Below, one piece after another: positions 48,854-58,596 of a stretch of DNA of 64,000 bases. The DNA is from Candidatus Thermofontivivens primus (lineage in GTDB: Bacteria > Sysuimicrobiota > Sysuimicrobiia > Sysuimicrobiales > Thermofontiviventaceae), in assembly GCA_031458695.1 (NCBI GenBank), contig JAVKJW010000005.1, positions 20,390 through 84,389 on the forward strand, given 5' to 3'. Position numbers and translations under genes: made by a program. The notes under the pieces are model-generated. The model was not told the DNA's origin. It saw nothing but the letters and a program-made list of their open reading frames with translations, and did no database searches. The stretch's first letter is position 1. Each line of letters begins with the position of its first letter.

Positions 48854-49741
48854 GGATGAAATGACAATAGCATCTAACCGAGTAGCGGCTTCACGGGCAG
48901 AAGGGTGGATAACGAACCCGAAGAGGACCACGATGAACTTTCCAGGAAGCTGCGGAGCTAATTGGGTAGCCTTGCGGACAGCTGCCTCCACGTCACGGCC
49001 ATAGATTCGACTCTTTACCTCACCCACCACGGCTACTACTTCACCATCCTGGGTTCCCTCCCCGTAGAAATCCACCTCCACCTCTTGGCCATCTACGGTG
49101 AAGAAATGACGATCCAACACAGGAACTTGAATCCCATAATGCTGGGCGAGGTAGGCGGGAGTCACCTCGCGAGCAAGGTCTTCGAGGGTAAAGCCTATGG
49201 TTTCGCTGAGGCGGAAAACTTGCTGTGAAAGGGTACGGACGGTCTCTTCTGTCCTCGCTTGTGCCTCAGCGAGCCTGGCAACGGCCTCTTCAAGGCGCCC
49301 TACACGTTCTTCAGTCCTCGCTTGTGCCTCAGCGAGCCTGGCAACGGCCTCTTCAAGGCGCCCTACACGTTCTTCAGTCCTCGCTTGTGCCTCAGCGAGC
49401 TTGGCAATGGCCTCTTCAAGGCGCCCTACACGTTCTTCAGTCCTCGCTTGTGCCTCAGCGAGCTTGGCAATGGCCTCTTCAAGGCGCCCTACACGCTCTT
49501 CAGTCCTTGCTTGTGCCTCAGCGAGCTTGGCAACGGCCTCTTCAAGGCGCCCTACACGCTCTTCAGTCCTTGCTTGTGCCTCAGCGAGTTCTCCCAGCCG
49601 AGTCTCTGTCCTAACTTGCGCCTCAGCGAGCCGATCGACGCGCTCGGCAAGCACTTGAAGGGTACCCTGCGTCTGTGCCTGAGCTTCGGCCAAGCGGGCA
49701 AGAGCAGATTCTAACCTGTCCACGCGAGGATCGCGCAACAT
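48842..49741 (-). CDS. Coiled-coil protein with 21-aa tandem repeats and a C-terminal PD-(D/E)XK-like (DUF3782-like) domain.
   Basis: About six copies of AEAQARTEERVGRLEEA(V/I)A(K/R)L. C-terminus ...EVEVDFYGEGTQDGEVVAVVGEVKSRIYGRD... has the D...E-x-K nuclease-fold signature. Sigma-A-like promoter (TTGACG, 17 bp, TATGCT) upstream. Confidence 0.6.
   Translation of the reverse strand: MLRDPRVDRLESALARLAEAQAQTQGTLQVLAERVDRLAEAQVRTETRLGELAEAQARTEERVGRLEEAVAKLAEAQARTEERVGRLEEAIAKLAEAQARTEERVGRLEEAIAKLAEAQARTEERVGRLEEAVARLAEAQARTEERVGRLEEAVARLAEAQARTEETVRTLSQQVFRLSETIGFTLEDLAREVTPAYLAQHYGIQVPVLDRHFFTVDGQEVEVDFYGEGTQDGEVVAVVGEVKSRIYGRDVEAAVRKATQLAPQLPGKFIVVLFGFVIHPSAREAATRLDAIVISSSGR
49245..49620. 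repeat. About six near-identical 63-bp tandem repeats (coding, in the coiled-coil gene).
   Basis: Unit tcttcagtcctcgcttgtgcctcagcgagc(c/t)tggcaa(c/t)ggcctcttcaaggcgccctacacg(t/c), repeated head-to-tail. Confidence 0.85.
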
Positions 49742-49890
49742 ACGCCCTCATTCTCCGTTTGAAGCATATCGGCTTATTCCCTCTACGTCAAGGGTCGCAC
49801 GACGCAGCTCGCGCTCGTCCGGTGAGCATGGATCCATTTCGGCTACCGGGGCGAAGCGGTAGCAGTGGGTAGAGTGAGGGATGAGGGGGG

Positions 49891-51177
49891 CTAACGAAGG
49901 TGACGGAAGACCTCTCGTGCAGCTTCTACTGTACGCTCGATCTCTTTCTCGCTGTGGGAAAGGGAGACAAACCAAGCCTCAAACTGGGAGGGTGGGATGT
50001 ATACCCCTCTCTCCAGCATCCCCCAGAAGAAACGGCTGAACTGCTGCTTGTCGGAACGGTTCGCGTCATCGAAATTCTCAACAGGACCTTCTGTGAAGAA
50101 CACGGTGAGCATAGATCCAACTCTGTTCACGGTCACAGGAATCCCTGCTTCTCTTGCTGCTTCCCTTAATCCTTCCGCCAACCGCACCCCAAGCTTCTCC
50201 AGCCGGCCGTATGGGTCCGTGGTCCGGAGGATCCGCAACGTAGTCGCCCCGCATGCCATAGCCACGGGGTTCCCGGAGAGCGTTCCTGCTTGGTACACCG
50301 GACCGAGAGGGGCAACGAGCTTCATGATCTCTCGCGGTCCTCCAAAAGCGCCCACAGGGAATCCGCCACCAATAATTTTCCCCAGGCAAGTGAGGTCTGG
50401 AAGAACCCCGTACAAAGCTTGTGCGCCTCCATAGCTCACGCGAAATCCTGTAATCACTTCATCAAAGATGAGCAACGAACCCGAACCCTTGGTCAGCCTG
50501 CGTAACCCTTCAAGGAACCCAGGCTTTGGGGGAACTACTCCCATGTTCCCGGCGATGGGCTCGACGATGACAGCCGCGATGCGTTCGCCATATAGTTGGA
50601 AAGCCCGCTCCACAGCTTCGAGGTCGTTATAGGGAAGGGTCAAGGTCATCTCCGCAATTGCCTGGGGGATTCCGGGCCGCGTTGTGATTCCGAGGGTGGC
50701 GATCCCGGAGCCACCTTGGACGATGAGCCCATCGGAATGCCCGTGGTAGCCCCCAGCGAATTTCACCACTAGATCTCTGTTGGTATACGCTCGGGCCAGC
50801 CGGACCGCGCTCATGACCGCTTCTGTCCCCGAGTTGACCATGCGCACCATTTCCACCGAGGGTACTCCTTCCACGATCAGTTGGGCAAGATCTACCTCCC
50901 ATGGGGAAGGCGCTCCGAAGCTGCTCCCCAGCCGGAGAACCTGGGAGGCAACCTCCACCACCTCTGGGTGGGCGTGCCCAAGGATCAACGGTCCCCAGGA
51001 GCACACGTAGTCGATGAATCTGTTGCCATCCACGTCTATAAGATAGGCCCCTTCCCCCTTCGCAATGAAAAAGGGGGTCCCTCCGACAGCTTGGAATGCG
51101 CGTACAGGGCTGTTTACGCCTCCTGGGATCAAGTTGCAAGCCTGGGCATAGAGCTGTTGTGACCGATTCTGTATCAA
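49891..51177 (-). CDS. hemL: Glutamate-1-semialdehyde 2,1-aminomutase.
   Basis: 428 aa, class-III aminotransferase, highly conserved GSA-AM N-terminus. Confidence 0.9.
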   Translation of the reverse strand: MIQNRSQQLYAQACNLIPGGVNSPVRAFQAVGGTPFFIAKGEGAYLIDVDGNRFIDYVCSWGPLILGHAHPEVVEVASQVLRLGSSFGAPSPWEVDLAQLIVEGVPSVEMVRMVNSGTEAVMSAVRLARAYTNRDLVVKFAGGYHGHSDGLIVQGGSGIATLGITTRPGIPQAIAEMTLTLPYNDLEAVERAFQLYGERIAAVIVEPIAGNMGVVPPKPGFLEGLRRLTKGSGSLLIFDEVITGFRVSYGGAQALYGVLPDLTCLGKIIGGGFPVGAFGGPREIMKLVAPLGPVYQAGTLSGNPVAMACGATTLRILRTTDPYGRLEKLGVRLAEGLREAAREAGIPVTVNRVGSMLTVFFTEGPVENFDDANRSDKQQFSRFFWGMLERGVYIPPSQFEAWFVSLSHSEKEIERTVEAAREVFRHLR

Positions 51178-52385
51178 CTCTCCACACCTCCGCCGGCCAG
51201 GATTCTGGCGACATCTTCCTGGAAGGGGAAGCTCCCCGGCTCGTAGGCACAGAATGGATCCTCCGCAAGAGGATCAGCGCTGACTCCGAAGGCCCTGGAC
51301 CTGGATCCTCCGCAGACTGTGCGGAACTCGCACCTCCCGCACCTGCCCCGCAGCTGATCTGGGTCCCGCAGCGATCGAAAGAGGGGAGAGCTCCTGTATA
51401 ACTCTCCGAGCGGGGTCAGACGGACGTTTCCAACTCCAAGAGGCAGAAATCCGCTCGGGAAGACCTCTCCGAGGTGGTTGATGAACACGAACCCCTTGCC
51501 GGCGTTAACGTCAAGGGGAGGACGCCGCATCTTTCCTGGGATCTCCCCCGCCCCTGGGAGGTGCACGCGCTCCCGCAGCTTGCGGTACGTTGGCCCAAGG
51601 GGCAGGATCTCCTCGGGAGGGATCCCCCGCTGTTCCAGGATGGTTCGCTGGACCACCACGCGTTTGTAGTGATGGCCCTCTGTGGTCTTCACCGGGAGAA
51701 CCTTGGAGACATCGTAAAGAAAGTGCATGACATCTTCAAACTCCTGTGGGGTGAGCTGAGGAAGACCCTTTCCCCTCCCTGTGGGAACTAAGAAGAAGAT
51801 GCTCCAGGTCATCACCCCCCTACTCCGGACCAGCTCGAAGATGTTGGGGAGGTCATCGAGGTTGTGAGGGGTAACGGTGGTGTTGATCTGCACCTTCAGC
51901 CCACAGGATCTCGCCGCATCCCAGCCCCGCAGGGTCCAATGATAGACCCCATCCACCCTGCGGAAACCATCGTGAATTGCGGGAGTAGATCCGTCGACGC
52001 TGAAGGAAATGGCCACGGCTCCTGCCTCCCTTAGCCTGCGGATGTTCTCCGGCGTCAGCGTTGGAGTTCCCGAGGGTGATACGGAGACAGGAAGCCCCTT
52101 CTCCGCTCCGTACCGGACGAGGTCAAACAGATCCTCCCGCTTGAAGGGATCTCCCCCTGTCAGGATGAACAGGGGCGGAGGAGGGATGAACTCAGCGACC
52201 TGATCGATGAGCCTGTATCCCTCCTCTGTGGTCAGCTCCCCTTCCTCTCGTTCTGGGATTGCAGAGGCTCGGCAGTGGACACAGGCGAGATCACATGCCC
52301 GCGTAACCTCCCAGATCACCAGAAACGGGCGCTGATTCAGATCGTAGGTAGGATGTCGAATTGTCTTTACCCGTGAGGTGTTCAT
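51174..52385 (-). CDS. Radical SAM / SPASM-domain protein, AhbD/NirJ-like (heme-branch maturase).
   Basis: CDLACVHC cluster motif, C-terminal Cys-rich SPASM (CGRCEFRTVCGG...C). Embedded between hemL and hemB, overlapping hemL by 4 nt. Confidence 0.75.
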   Translation of the reverse strand: MNTSRVKTIRHPTYDLNQRPFLVIWEVTRACDLACVHCRASAIPEREEGELTTEEGYRLIDQVAEFIPPPPLFILTGGDPFKREDLFDLVRYGAEKGLPVSVSPSGTPTLTPENIRRLREAGAVAISFSVDGSTPAIHDGFRRVDGVYHWTLRGWDAARSCGLKVQINTTVTPHNLDDLPNIFELVRSRGVMTWSIFFLVPTGRGKGLPQLTPQEFEDVMHFLYDVSKVLPVKTTEGHHYKRVVVQRTILEQRGIPPEEILPLGPTYRKLRERVHLPGAGEIPGKMRRPPLDVNAGKGFVFINHLGEVFPSGFLPLGVGNVRLTPLGELYRSSPLFRSLRDPDQLRGRCGRCEFRTVCGGSRSRAFGVSADPLAEDPFCAYEPGSFPFQEDVARILAGGGVES

Positions 52386-52388
52386 CCT

Positions 52389-53372
52389 TCAACTCCTTTC
52401 CCTGAGCCAATGTGCCGCATCCTTGGCGAAGTACGTGAGGATCACGTCTGCACCTGCACGCTTGATCGCCGTAAGGATCTCCACGACTGTGGCTCGCTCA
52501 TCCAACCACCCTTGTTGGGCCGCTGCCTTGACCATGGCGTACTCCCCACTCACGTTGTAGGCAGCGGTTGGCATGCGAAACAGCTCTTTGATCTTCGCTA
52601 GGATATCCAAATTGGGAAGGGCAGGCTTGACCATGACCATATCTGCCCCTTCCTCGATGTCCAGGGAGACTTCCCGGATCGCTTCTTCGCGGTTTGCGAT
52701 GTCCATCTGGTAAGAGCGCCTGTCGCCAAACTTCGGTGCGGATTCGGCTGCCTCCCGGAAGGGTCCGTACAGGGAGGAAGCGTATTTGGCTGCGTAGGCC
52801 AGGATGGCGATGTCTTGGTATCCTGCCCCATCCAGGGCCTCGCGGATCGCCCGGACTTGGCCATCCATCATCCCCGAAGGGGCGATGATGTCTGCTCCGG
52901 CTGCAGCTTGGCTGATGGCGATTTCGCGATATCGGTCAAGCGTCCGATCATTGTCCACAGTCCCGTTGCGGACGATCCCACAGTGGCCGTGCGAAGTATA
53001 CTCGCACATGCACAGGTCAGTGATCAGGAGAAGCCTCTCACCGAACTCCTCCCGGATCCGCCGGAGCGCCCGTTGGATGATCCCGTTGGGGTCACTCGCG
53101 CCACTCCCTTCAGGGTCCTTCCGAGCGGGGATGCCAAAGAGGATCACAGCCGGGACACCGACCTCCACGAGTTCCTCGCACTCCCGCACCAAGCTGTCCA
53201 GGGTGTGTTGGTACTGACCGGGCATCGAGGCAATGGGTTCCGGTGCGGCGATCCCCTCCTTCACGAACAGGGGAGCGACGAGGTCGAACACCTCGAGCCT
53301 CGTCTCCTGGACCATCCTCCGGAGAAGAGGGTTGCGGCGCAACCTCCGCATCCTGACGACAGGAAAGCTCAT
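52389..53372 (-). CDS. hemB: Porphobilinogen synthase.
   Basis: Start at MSFPVVRMRRLRR.... Active-site Lys region and metal-binding Cys/Asp residues conserved. Confidence 0.9.
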   Translation of the reverse strand: MSFPVVRMRRLRRNPLLRRMVQETRLEVFDLVAPLFVKEGIAAPEPIASMPGQYQHTLDSLVRECEELVEVGVPAVILFGIPARKDPEGSGASDPNGIIQRALRRIREEFGERLLLITDLCMCEYTSHGHCGIVRNGTVDNDRTLDRYREIAISQAAAGADIIAPSGMMDGQVRAIREALDGAGYQDIAILAYAAKYASSLYGPFREAAESAPKFGDRRSYQMDIANREEAIREVSLDIEEGADMVMVKPALPNLDILAKIKELFRMPTAAYNVSGEYAMVKAAAQQGWLDERATVVEILTAIKRAGADVILTYFAKDAAHWLRERS

Positions 53373-54184
53373 CTTCCTCCCTCCCCTTTCTTCCAACCCA
53401 GGTTCCCAACCAGGGCCCGTACGAGCCCCTCGCTCGTATACTCTTGGGCTACAGCGTCCACCCGGATCCCCAGGTTCCTTGCCGCCTCTGCAGTCACAGG
53501 GCCAATGCACGCCACAAAGACACGGGAGAGGGCGTCGATGCCGCCCTCACCCACCATCACTAGGAAGTTCCGAACGGTGGAGGGGCTGGTGAATGTGATG
53601 GCGTTCACCACTCCCTTGTTCAGCAACTCCCGGATTGCCTCCCCGTTCTCCATATCAGGGACGGTTCGATACGCAGGGACGACGTCCACCTTGGCGCCGA
53701 GCTTCTCTAGCTCCCTCGGGAGGAGATCCCTCGCCTCCTCCGCCCTTGGCAAGAGGATCCGTTTCCCGCGGAGATCGTAGTTGGAGAAAGCCTCCACGAG
53801 CCCTTCCGCTCGATACTCTTTTGGGGATAGAGTGACCCGGATTCCCTGCTCCTCCAGGGCTTCCCGGGTTGCAGGGCCGATGGCCGCAATCTCCATTGCG
53901 AGAAGCTCCCTCGGATCCCTGTGGAGGGCTTTCATCCGTTCCAAGACAGCCCTAACTCCGTTCGCGCTGGTAAACACAACCCATTGATAGGAGGAAAGGT
54001 TCGCTAGCGCGTGGTCCAGCCGCTCGTAGCTCTGGGGTGGGATGATCCGGATGGTGGGGTAGAGCAAGCATTCCGCCCCCAGCTCCTCAAGGGAATGGAC
54101 CAGGTCCTTCGCCTGCTCCCGAGGCCGTGTCACGAGGATCCTCCAGCCGGAAAGAGGCTTGTGCAAGGTCTCACCCCCGCCCAT
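53369..54184 (-). CDS. hemD: Uroporphyrinogen-III synthase.
   Basis: 271 aa HemD fold, between hemC and hemB. Confidence 0.8.
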   Translation of the reverse strand: MGGGETLHKPLSGWRILVTRPREQAKDLVHSLEELGAECLLYPTIRIIPPQSYERLDHALANLSSYQWVVFTSANGVRAVLERMKALHRDPRELLAMEIAAIGPATREALEEQGIRVTLSPKEYRAEGLVEAFSNYDLRGKRILLPRAEEARDLLPRELEKLGAKVDVVPAYRTVPDMENGEAIRELLNKGVVNAITFTSPSTVRNFLVMVGEGGIDALSRVFVACIGPVTAEAARNLGIRVDAVAQEYTSEGLVRALVGNLGWKKGEGGR

Positions 54185-55082
54185 CCCTTTGGAGAACGGC
54201 CTCCGTAAATATCTCGGGGCTCTCTGCGCTCAGCTGCTCTCGCAGTAGCCAAGCAGCCTCTTCCGGAGAAGCGGCGCGCACGCTTCCTCGCAGAATCCGA
54301 CCGGCACGGGTCCCGACCATCCCGGAGAGGGAGATCCCGTCCTCCTCCACGGTGGCATAGGCGCCAACGGGGATCCGGCACCCTCCCCCGAGCACGCGGA
54401 GGAACTCCCTCTCTGCTTGGACTGCCTTTCTGGTCGGGAGATGATCGAGGGCACTGACAAGATCAAGAATGGGCTTGTCATCTGCCCTTACCTCGACCGC
54501 GAGCGCTCCCTGTCCTGGCGCTGGCAACATGATCTCGAGAGGGAGCACCTCTGTGATCTCTTGGGCCCGACCTAGCCTGTGCAGCCCTGCACTCGCGAGG
54601 ACGATCGCCTCACAATCCCCCTGGGAGAGCTTCCTGAGACGGGTGTCAACGTTCCCCCGGATCCCCAGGATGGTCAAATCCGGACGGAAGGCCAGAAGCT
54701 GGACTGCGCGGCGTTCGCTGGTTGTCCCAATCCGGGCCCCTTCAGGAAGGGTCGCAAGCGTGTGGCCTTCCCTGGAGATGAGCGCATCTCGGGGATCTCC
54801 CCGAGGAGGGATTGCCCCGATCACCAACCCTGGGGGTTGTTCTGTGGGGAGGTCCTTGAGGCTGTGGACTGCGATGTCGATCTTCCCAGCCAGGAGCGCC
54901 TCCTCGAGCTCTCGGGTGAAGGCACCAGGCCATGCATCGACCCTTCCCCGGTCTCCGGAGGTTGTGATGATAACCTCTTCAAAGGAAGCATCTGGCCGGG
55001 CTCTGGAGAGCTGTTCTATGACCCAGCGGGTCTGGGCTCGAGCAAGGGCGCTCCCCCGGGTGCCCACGCGTACCCTATGCAT
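54171..55082 (-). CDS. hemC: Hydroxymethylbilane synthase.
   Basis: MHRVRVGTRGSALARAQT... is canonical HemC. Confidence 0.9.
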   Translation of the reverse strand: MHRVRVGTRGSALARAQTRWVIEQLSRARPDASFEEVIITTSGDRGRVDAWPGAFTRELEEALLAGKIDIAVHSLKDLPTEQPPGLVIGAIPPRGDPRDALISREGHTLATLPEGARIGTTSERRAVQLLAFRPDLTILGIRGNVDTRLRKLSQGDCEAIVLASAGLHRLGRAQEITEVLPLEIMLPAPGQGALAVEVRADDKPILDLVSALDHLPTRKAVQAEREFLRVLGGGCRIPVGAYATVEEDGISLSGMVGTRAGRILRGSVRAASPEEAAWLLREQLSAESPEIFTEAVLQRDGRG

Positions 55083-56442
55083 GAGGGTTTACCTCCTGAA
55101 ACCCGGATCTCGTCCTCGGGTCCTGGTCCCCAAGATCGCGCGCCTGAGACCTCAAATCCAATGTCTGAAGCCTACTTTCCGCCGCCCCGTCCAACCCGAA
55201 CATCTCCCTGACCGCCTCAAGGGAGGCAGTTTCACCGTACGCCACCTTCCGCTTCAAGGAGACGACAGGGAGGTGGAGGAGTTTCTTGACCAAGGCGGAA
55301 GTCATGGCTTCCACGATTTCCCTCTCCCGTTCTGTGAGGTGCCCAAGTCGACGTATTGCTTTTCGCACCTCCGCAGCACGGATCATCTCGGCGCGAGCGT
55401 AGAGCTCCGCGATCGTTGGGGCAACTTGGCGCGTTCGGAGCCAGCGGGCGAACTTCTCCACCTCCTCGGCGATGATCCTCTCCGCCCTTGGTACTTCCTC
55501 CATGTTCTCGCGAATCCGCTCGTTGACAATCTCCTGGAGTCCCTCCAGATCGTAGAGGTAGACGTTAGGGAGAGTTCGTACCCGCGGGTCGATATCCCGG
55601 GGGACAGCGATATCGATGAGGAGGAGGGGATGCGTGCGGCACTTCGCAGCTTCCTCCATCAGTTCCAGGGAGATGACAGGATGTGGAGCTGCTGTTGAGC
55701 TGATGACGATATCGACTTCCTTGAGGGCGTCCGGGAGATCCTGGTATGTGATCGCTTGCCCCCCGTATCGTTGAGCGACCACGGATGCCCTCTCAGGGGT
55801 GCGGCTCACCACGAGGATTCTTCCCGTCCCATGCCTGCGAAGAGCTTGGAGGACCAGCTCGCTCGCCGCTCCCGTCCCGATGACCAGGATCACGCGACCG
55901 CGGAGGTCCCCGAAGAGCTTGCGGGCGAGCTCGACAGCGACGGAGCTAATAGATCTCCCATGGCCACCAATTCGAGTCTCCTTCCGCACCCGCGCCCCCA
56001 CCCGGATGGCCTGGCGGAACAGAGCAGAAAGGTATGCCCTGGCTGTGCCTACAGCTGACGCTTGTTTCAACGCATCGCGGACCTGTCCAAGAACTTGGCC
56101 TTCCCCCACCACCATGGAGTCAAGGCCTGAGGCAACGGTGAACAAGTGCTTCGCAGCATCAAGGTCTTGGAGCTGGAACAGGTATTCCTCCAGAACCTCG
56201 AGCGGGACGTCTCGAGATCCCCCGAGGAACCTCATGATCGAGGAAACGCCCGTGGAGACGTCAGGGGTAGCTACGTAGACCTCCGTGCGGTGGCATGTGG
56301 TGAGGAGGACCGCCTCCTTGATGCCTTCCAGCTGGCAGAGCTCAAGTAAAGCCCCAGTGATCGAGCCGGGCGCGAACGTGAATCGTTCTAGAATCTCAAG
56401 AGGTGCGGACCGATGACTCACGCCGACGGCGACGATCTCCAT
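55075..56442 (-). CDS. hemA: Glutamyl-tRNA reductase.
   Basis: Start at MEIVAVGVSHRSAPLEILE.... Catalytic Cys in TCHRTEVY. NADPH-binding GTGAASE. Confidence 0.9.
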   Translation of the reverse strand: MEIVAVGVSHRSAPLEILERFTFAPGSITGALLELCQLEGIKEAVLLTTCHRTEVYVATPDVSTGVSSIMRFLGGSRDVPLEVLEEYLFQLQDLDAAKHLFTVASGLDSMVVGEGQVLGQVRDALKQASAVGTARAYLSALFRQAIRVGARVRKETRIGGHGRSISSVAVELARKLFGDLRGRVILVIGTGAASELVLQALRRHGTGRILVVSRTPERASVVAQRYGGQAITYQDLPDALKEVDIVISSTAAPHPVISLELMEEAAKCRTHPLLLIDIAVPRDIDPRVRTLPNVYLYDLEGLQEIVNERIRENMEEVPRAERIIAEEVEKFARWLRTRQVAPTIAELYARAEMIRAAEVRKAIRRLGHLTEREREIVEAMTSALVKKLLHLPVVSLKRKVAYGETASLEAVREMFGLDGAAESRLQTLDLRSQARDLGDQDPRTRSGFQEVNPHA

Positions 56443-56446
56443 GCCT

Positions 56447-57118
56447 TCACCCTCTCCTCCCCTCCTCGTATCCTTCCATGAGGACGACGAGGATCCGGTC
56501 CATGAACCGGTCAAGCCGGCGTAGCCATTGGACCCGATTCTCAGGGTGAATCTCTTTTCGCTTGGTCACGACCTCGGTCATAAGCCGCTTGATAAACAGG
56601 AAACTTTCTGCGGCCTCCTGGGCCAACAGGTTCTTCTTCCCAGCGAGCAACCCTATACCCCGCCCGGCAACCATCCCTTCCTCCAAGTAGTGTTGCTGCT
56701 GTGGACCACCTCGCAGGTACTTCAGCAATGCACGCAGGAGTTGCCGTCCAAGGACCCGCATTTGGTGCTTGGCTTCCTCATCGAAGGCTTCGTACCATCT
56801 GCGAGTCATGTACCACTCCCGGACAGGCTGCACCACAAGATGATTGCCGGTCCGTTCAATCTCCTCCACGATCGAACCGACGCGGTGCTGCGGGTGCGGC
56901 TGCGTGAGCAACGCCTCGATTTGCTGGCGGGAAAACCGCCGGTGCCCCCCGGGGGTTCGAAAAACTTGGATTTTGCCAGTATCGGCCCACTGGCGTAGGG
57001 TGCTAGGATCCACTCCAAGGAGGAGACTGGCCTGACCCAGGGTCAGCCACTCCGATTGCCCAGCATACTTGCCCCGTTTTCCAACAGTTTCGTTCAAAGG
57101 AGCCGCCCCCGCTTTCAA
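56447..57118 (-). CDS. Excisionase/MerR-superfamily HTH regulator with a C-terminal domain of unknown function, upstream of the heme operon.
   Basis: LTLGQASLLLGVDPSTLRQWADTGKIQVFRTPGGHRRF is an excisionase-type HTH. It is followed by a helical domain of about 150 aa. Confidence 0.5.
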   Translation of the reverse strand: MKAGAAPLNETVGKRGKYAGQSEWLTLGQASLLLGVDPSTLRQWADTGKIQVFRTPGGHRRFSRQQIEALLTQPHPQHRVGSIVEEIERTGNHLVVQPVREWYMTRRWYEAFDEEAKHQMRVLGRQLLRALLKYLRGGPQQQHYLEEGMVAGRGIGLLAGKKNLLAQEAAESFLFIKRLMTEVVTKRKEIHPENRVQWLRRLDRFMDRILVVLMEGYEEGRRG

Positions 57119-57668
57119 TAGCTATAGGGCATATACTGGGAAAATCTATAAAATCCTCCTTGAAACTATGGAAATCTCCAAAAGTGATACCACCTCTAAA
57201 ATAACTACGATCTTGCTCCAAGAGAATCGGGCCACGGACTGATTTGCTGTCAGGTCACAGGAGGATGTTGAGGAGCCTTCTCGAATTTGGAAGAACCTCC
57301 CCCCACCCTGCTCCCTTGCCTGCGCCAGCCCAATCGCCGTGTTCAGGACAAGGAGGTTGGTCGGGTGCATCATCGTAATCCTGAAACAGCCTGTGAACGT
57401 AACTATTCCCGGGAACAGGAGGAAAGTCGCGTTGATCGCGAGAATTTTGGAGCTTATCTTGTGGTTTGGAAACCACTGCATCCCTATACCTGTGGAAAAA
57501 GGATAGCGGCGCGCTTGTAGGGTCCTTGGCTTTCTGGCGATCCCCGGCTTGGGAGGCCTTTTGTGCTGGAGGATATAATGGTAATCTCAGAAAGGTCCAG
57601 GCACAGTGAAAGACTCCCGCAGGGTATGGAACGAATCGTGCCTAGAAGGTCTCTATGGGAGGGTTCTT

Positions 57669-58010
57669 ATGCGCGTTGAGTTCCTGTACTGGGAGGAGTG
57701 TCCTTCGCACGAGGAGGCGCTCGCCCGCCTGAAGGCCGTCCTGGCAGAGGAAGGGTGCGAGGCTACCGTGGAGGTCATCCGTGTGGAGACCGAAGAACAA
57801 GCAGAGGCGCTACGGTTTCCGGGTTCTCCCACCATCCGGTTCGATGGAAAGGACATCGTCCCTGTGCCTGAAGGGACGCGTTTTTCTCTCACCTGCCGTG
57901 TCTACCACCTCGAGGATGGCAGGGTATCCCCGCTTCCCTCCAAGGAAATGATCCGCAGGGCCTTCAAGGAGGCCCTCGCATCAAAAACAACCGAAAGGAG
58001 GTCTCTGTAA
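57669..58010 (+). CDS. Small thioredoxin-fold protein (C-P-S-H motif).
   Basis: MRVEFLYWEECPSHEEA.... GGGAGGG RBS. TAATG overlap with the downstream redoxin gene. Confidence 0.45.
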   Translation: MRVEFLYWEECPSHEEALARLKAVLAEEGCEATVEVIRVETEEQAEALRFPGSPTIRFDGKDIVPVPEGTRFSLTCRVYHLEDGRVSPLPSKEMIRRAFKEALASKTTERRSL

Positions 58011-58546
58011 TGGCTGCCCTTGAGATCGGTGCTTCTCTCATCCCCTTCGCCCTTCCCGGAACCGACGGGAAGATTCACCGGACCGAGGACTACCAGGATA
58101 AGCGAGCGCTCGCAGTCATTTTCACCTGTAACCACTGCCCTTACGCCCAGGCCTGGGAAGGGCGGTTGATCCAACTCCAACGAGAGTATGCTTCCCGAGG
58201 AGTTCAGTTCCTCCTGATCAACCCCAACGATGCTACCAAGTACCCGGAAGATAGTTTCGAGAATATGGTCCGCCGGGCAGAAGAGAAAGGATATCCGTTC
58301 CCTTACCTCAGGGATGAGGACCAGACCGTCGCCCGGGCTTACGGAGCCACAAGGACCCCAGAGATCTTCCTATTCGACCAGGATCGGGTGCTAAGATATC
58401 ACGGAGCTCCGGACGACAACTACGAAAACCCCGCAGCGGTGAGGAAGCACTACCTAAGGGACGCCCTGGAAGCCGTCCTGTCGGGCAGATCCCCCCAGCC
58501 TGCCCAAACCCCTCCGGTGGGGTGCACGATCAAGTGGAAATCGTGA
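58010..58546 (+). CDS. Thiol-disulfide oxidoreductase of the redoxin / AhpC-TSA (TlpA-like) family.
   Basis: ...AVIFTCNHCPYAQAW... CxxC in the thioredoxin fold, 178 aa. Confidence 0.75.
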   Translation: MAALEIGASLIPFALPGTDGKIHRTEDYQDKRALAVIFTCNHCPYAQAWEGRLIQLQREYASRGVQFLLINPNDATKYPEDSFENMVRRAEEKGYPFPYLRDEDQTVARAYGATRTPEIFLFDQDRVLRYHGAPDDNYENPAAVRKHYLRDALEAVLSGRSPQPAQTPPVGCTIKWKS

Positions 58547-58596
58547 TCCTCCACTCCGTTCAGGATGACGATATGGTACAATAGGGCAGGAGTAGT

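Noticed and set aside
49197-49714. Three plus-strand ORFs (151, 129 and 153 aa) with internally repetitive translations.
   Set aside because: They are mirror-frame artefacts of the 63-bp tandem repeats inside the minus-strand coiled-coil gene.
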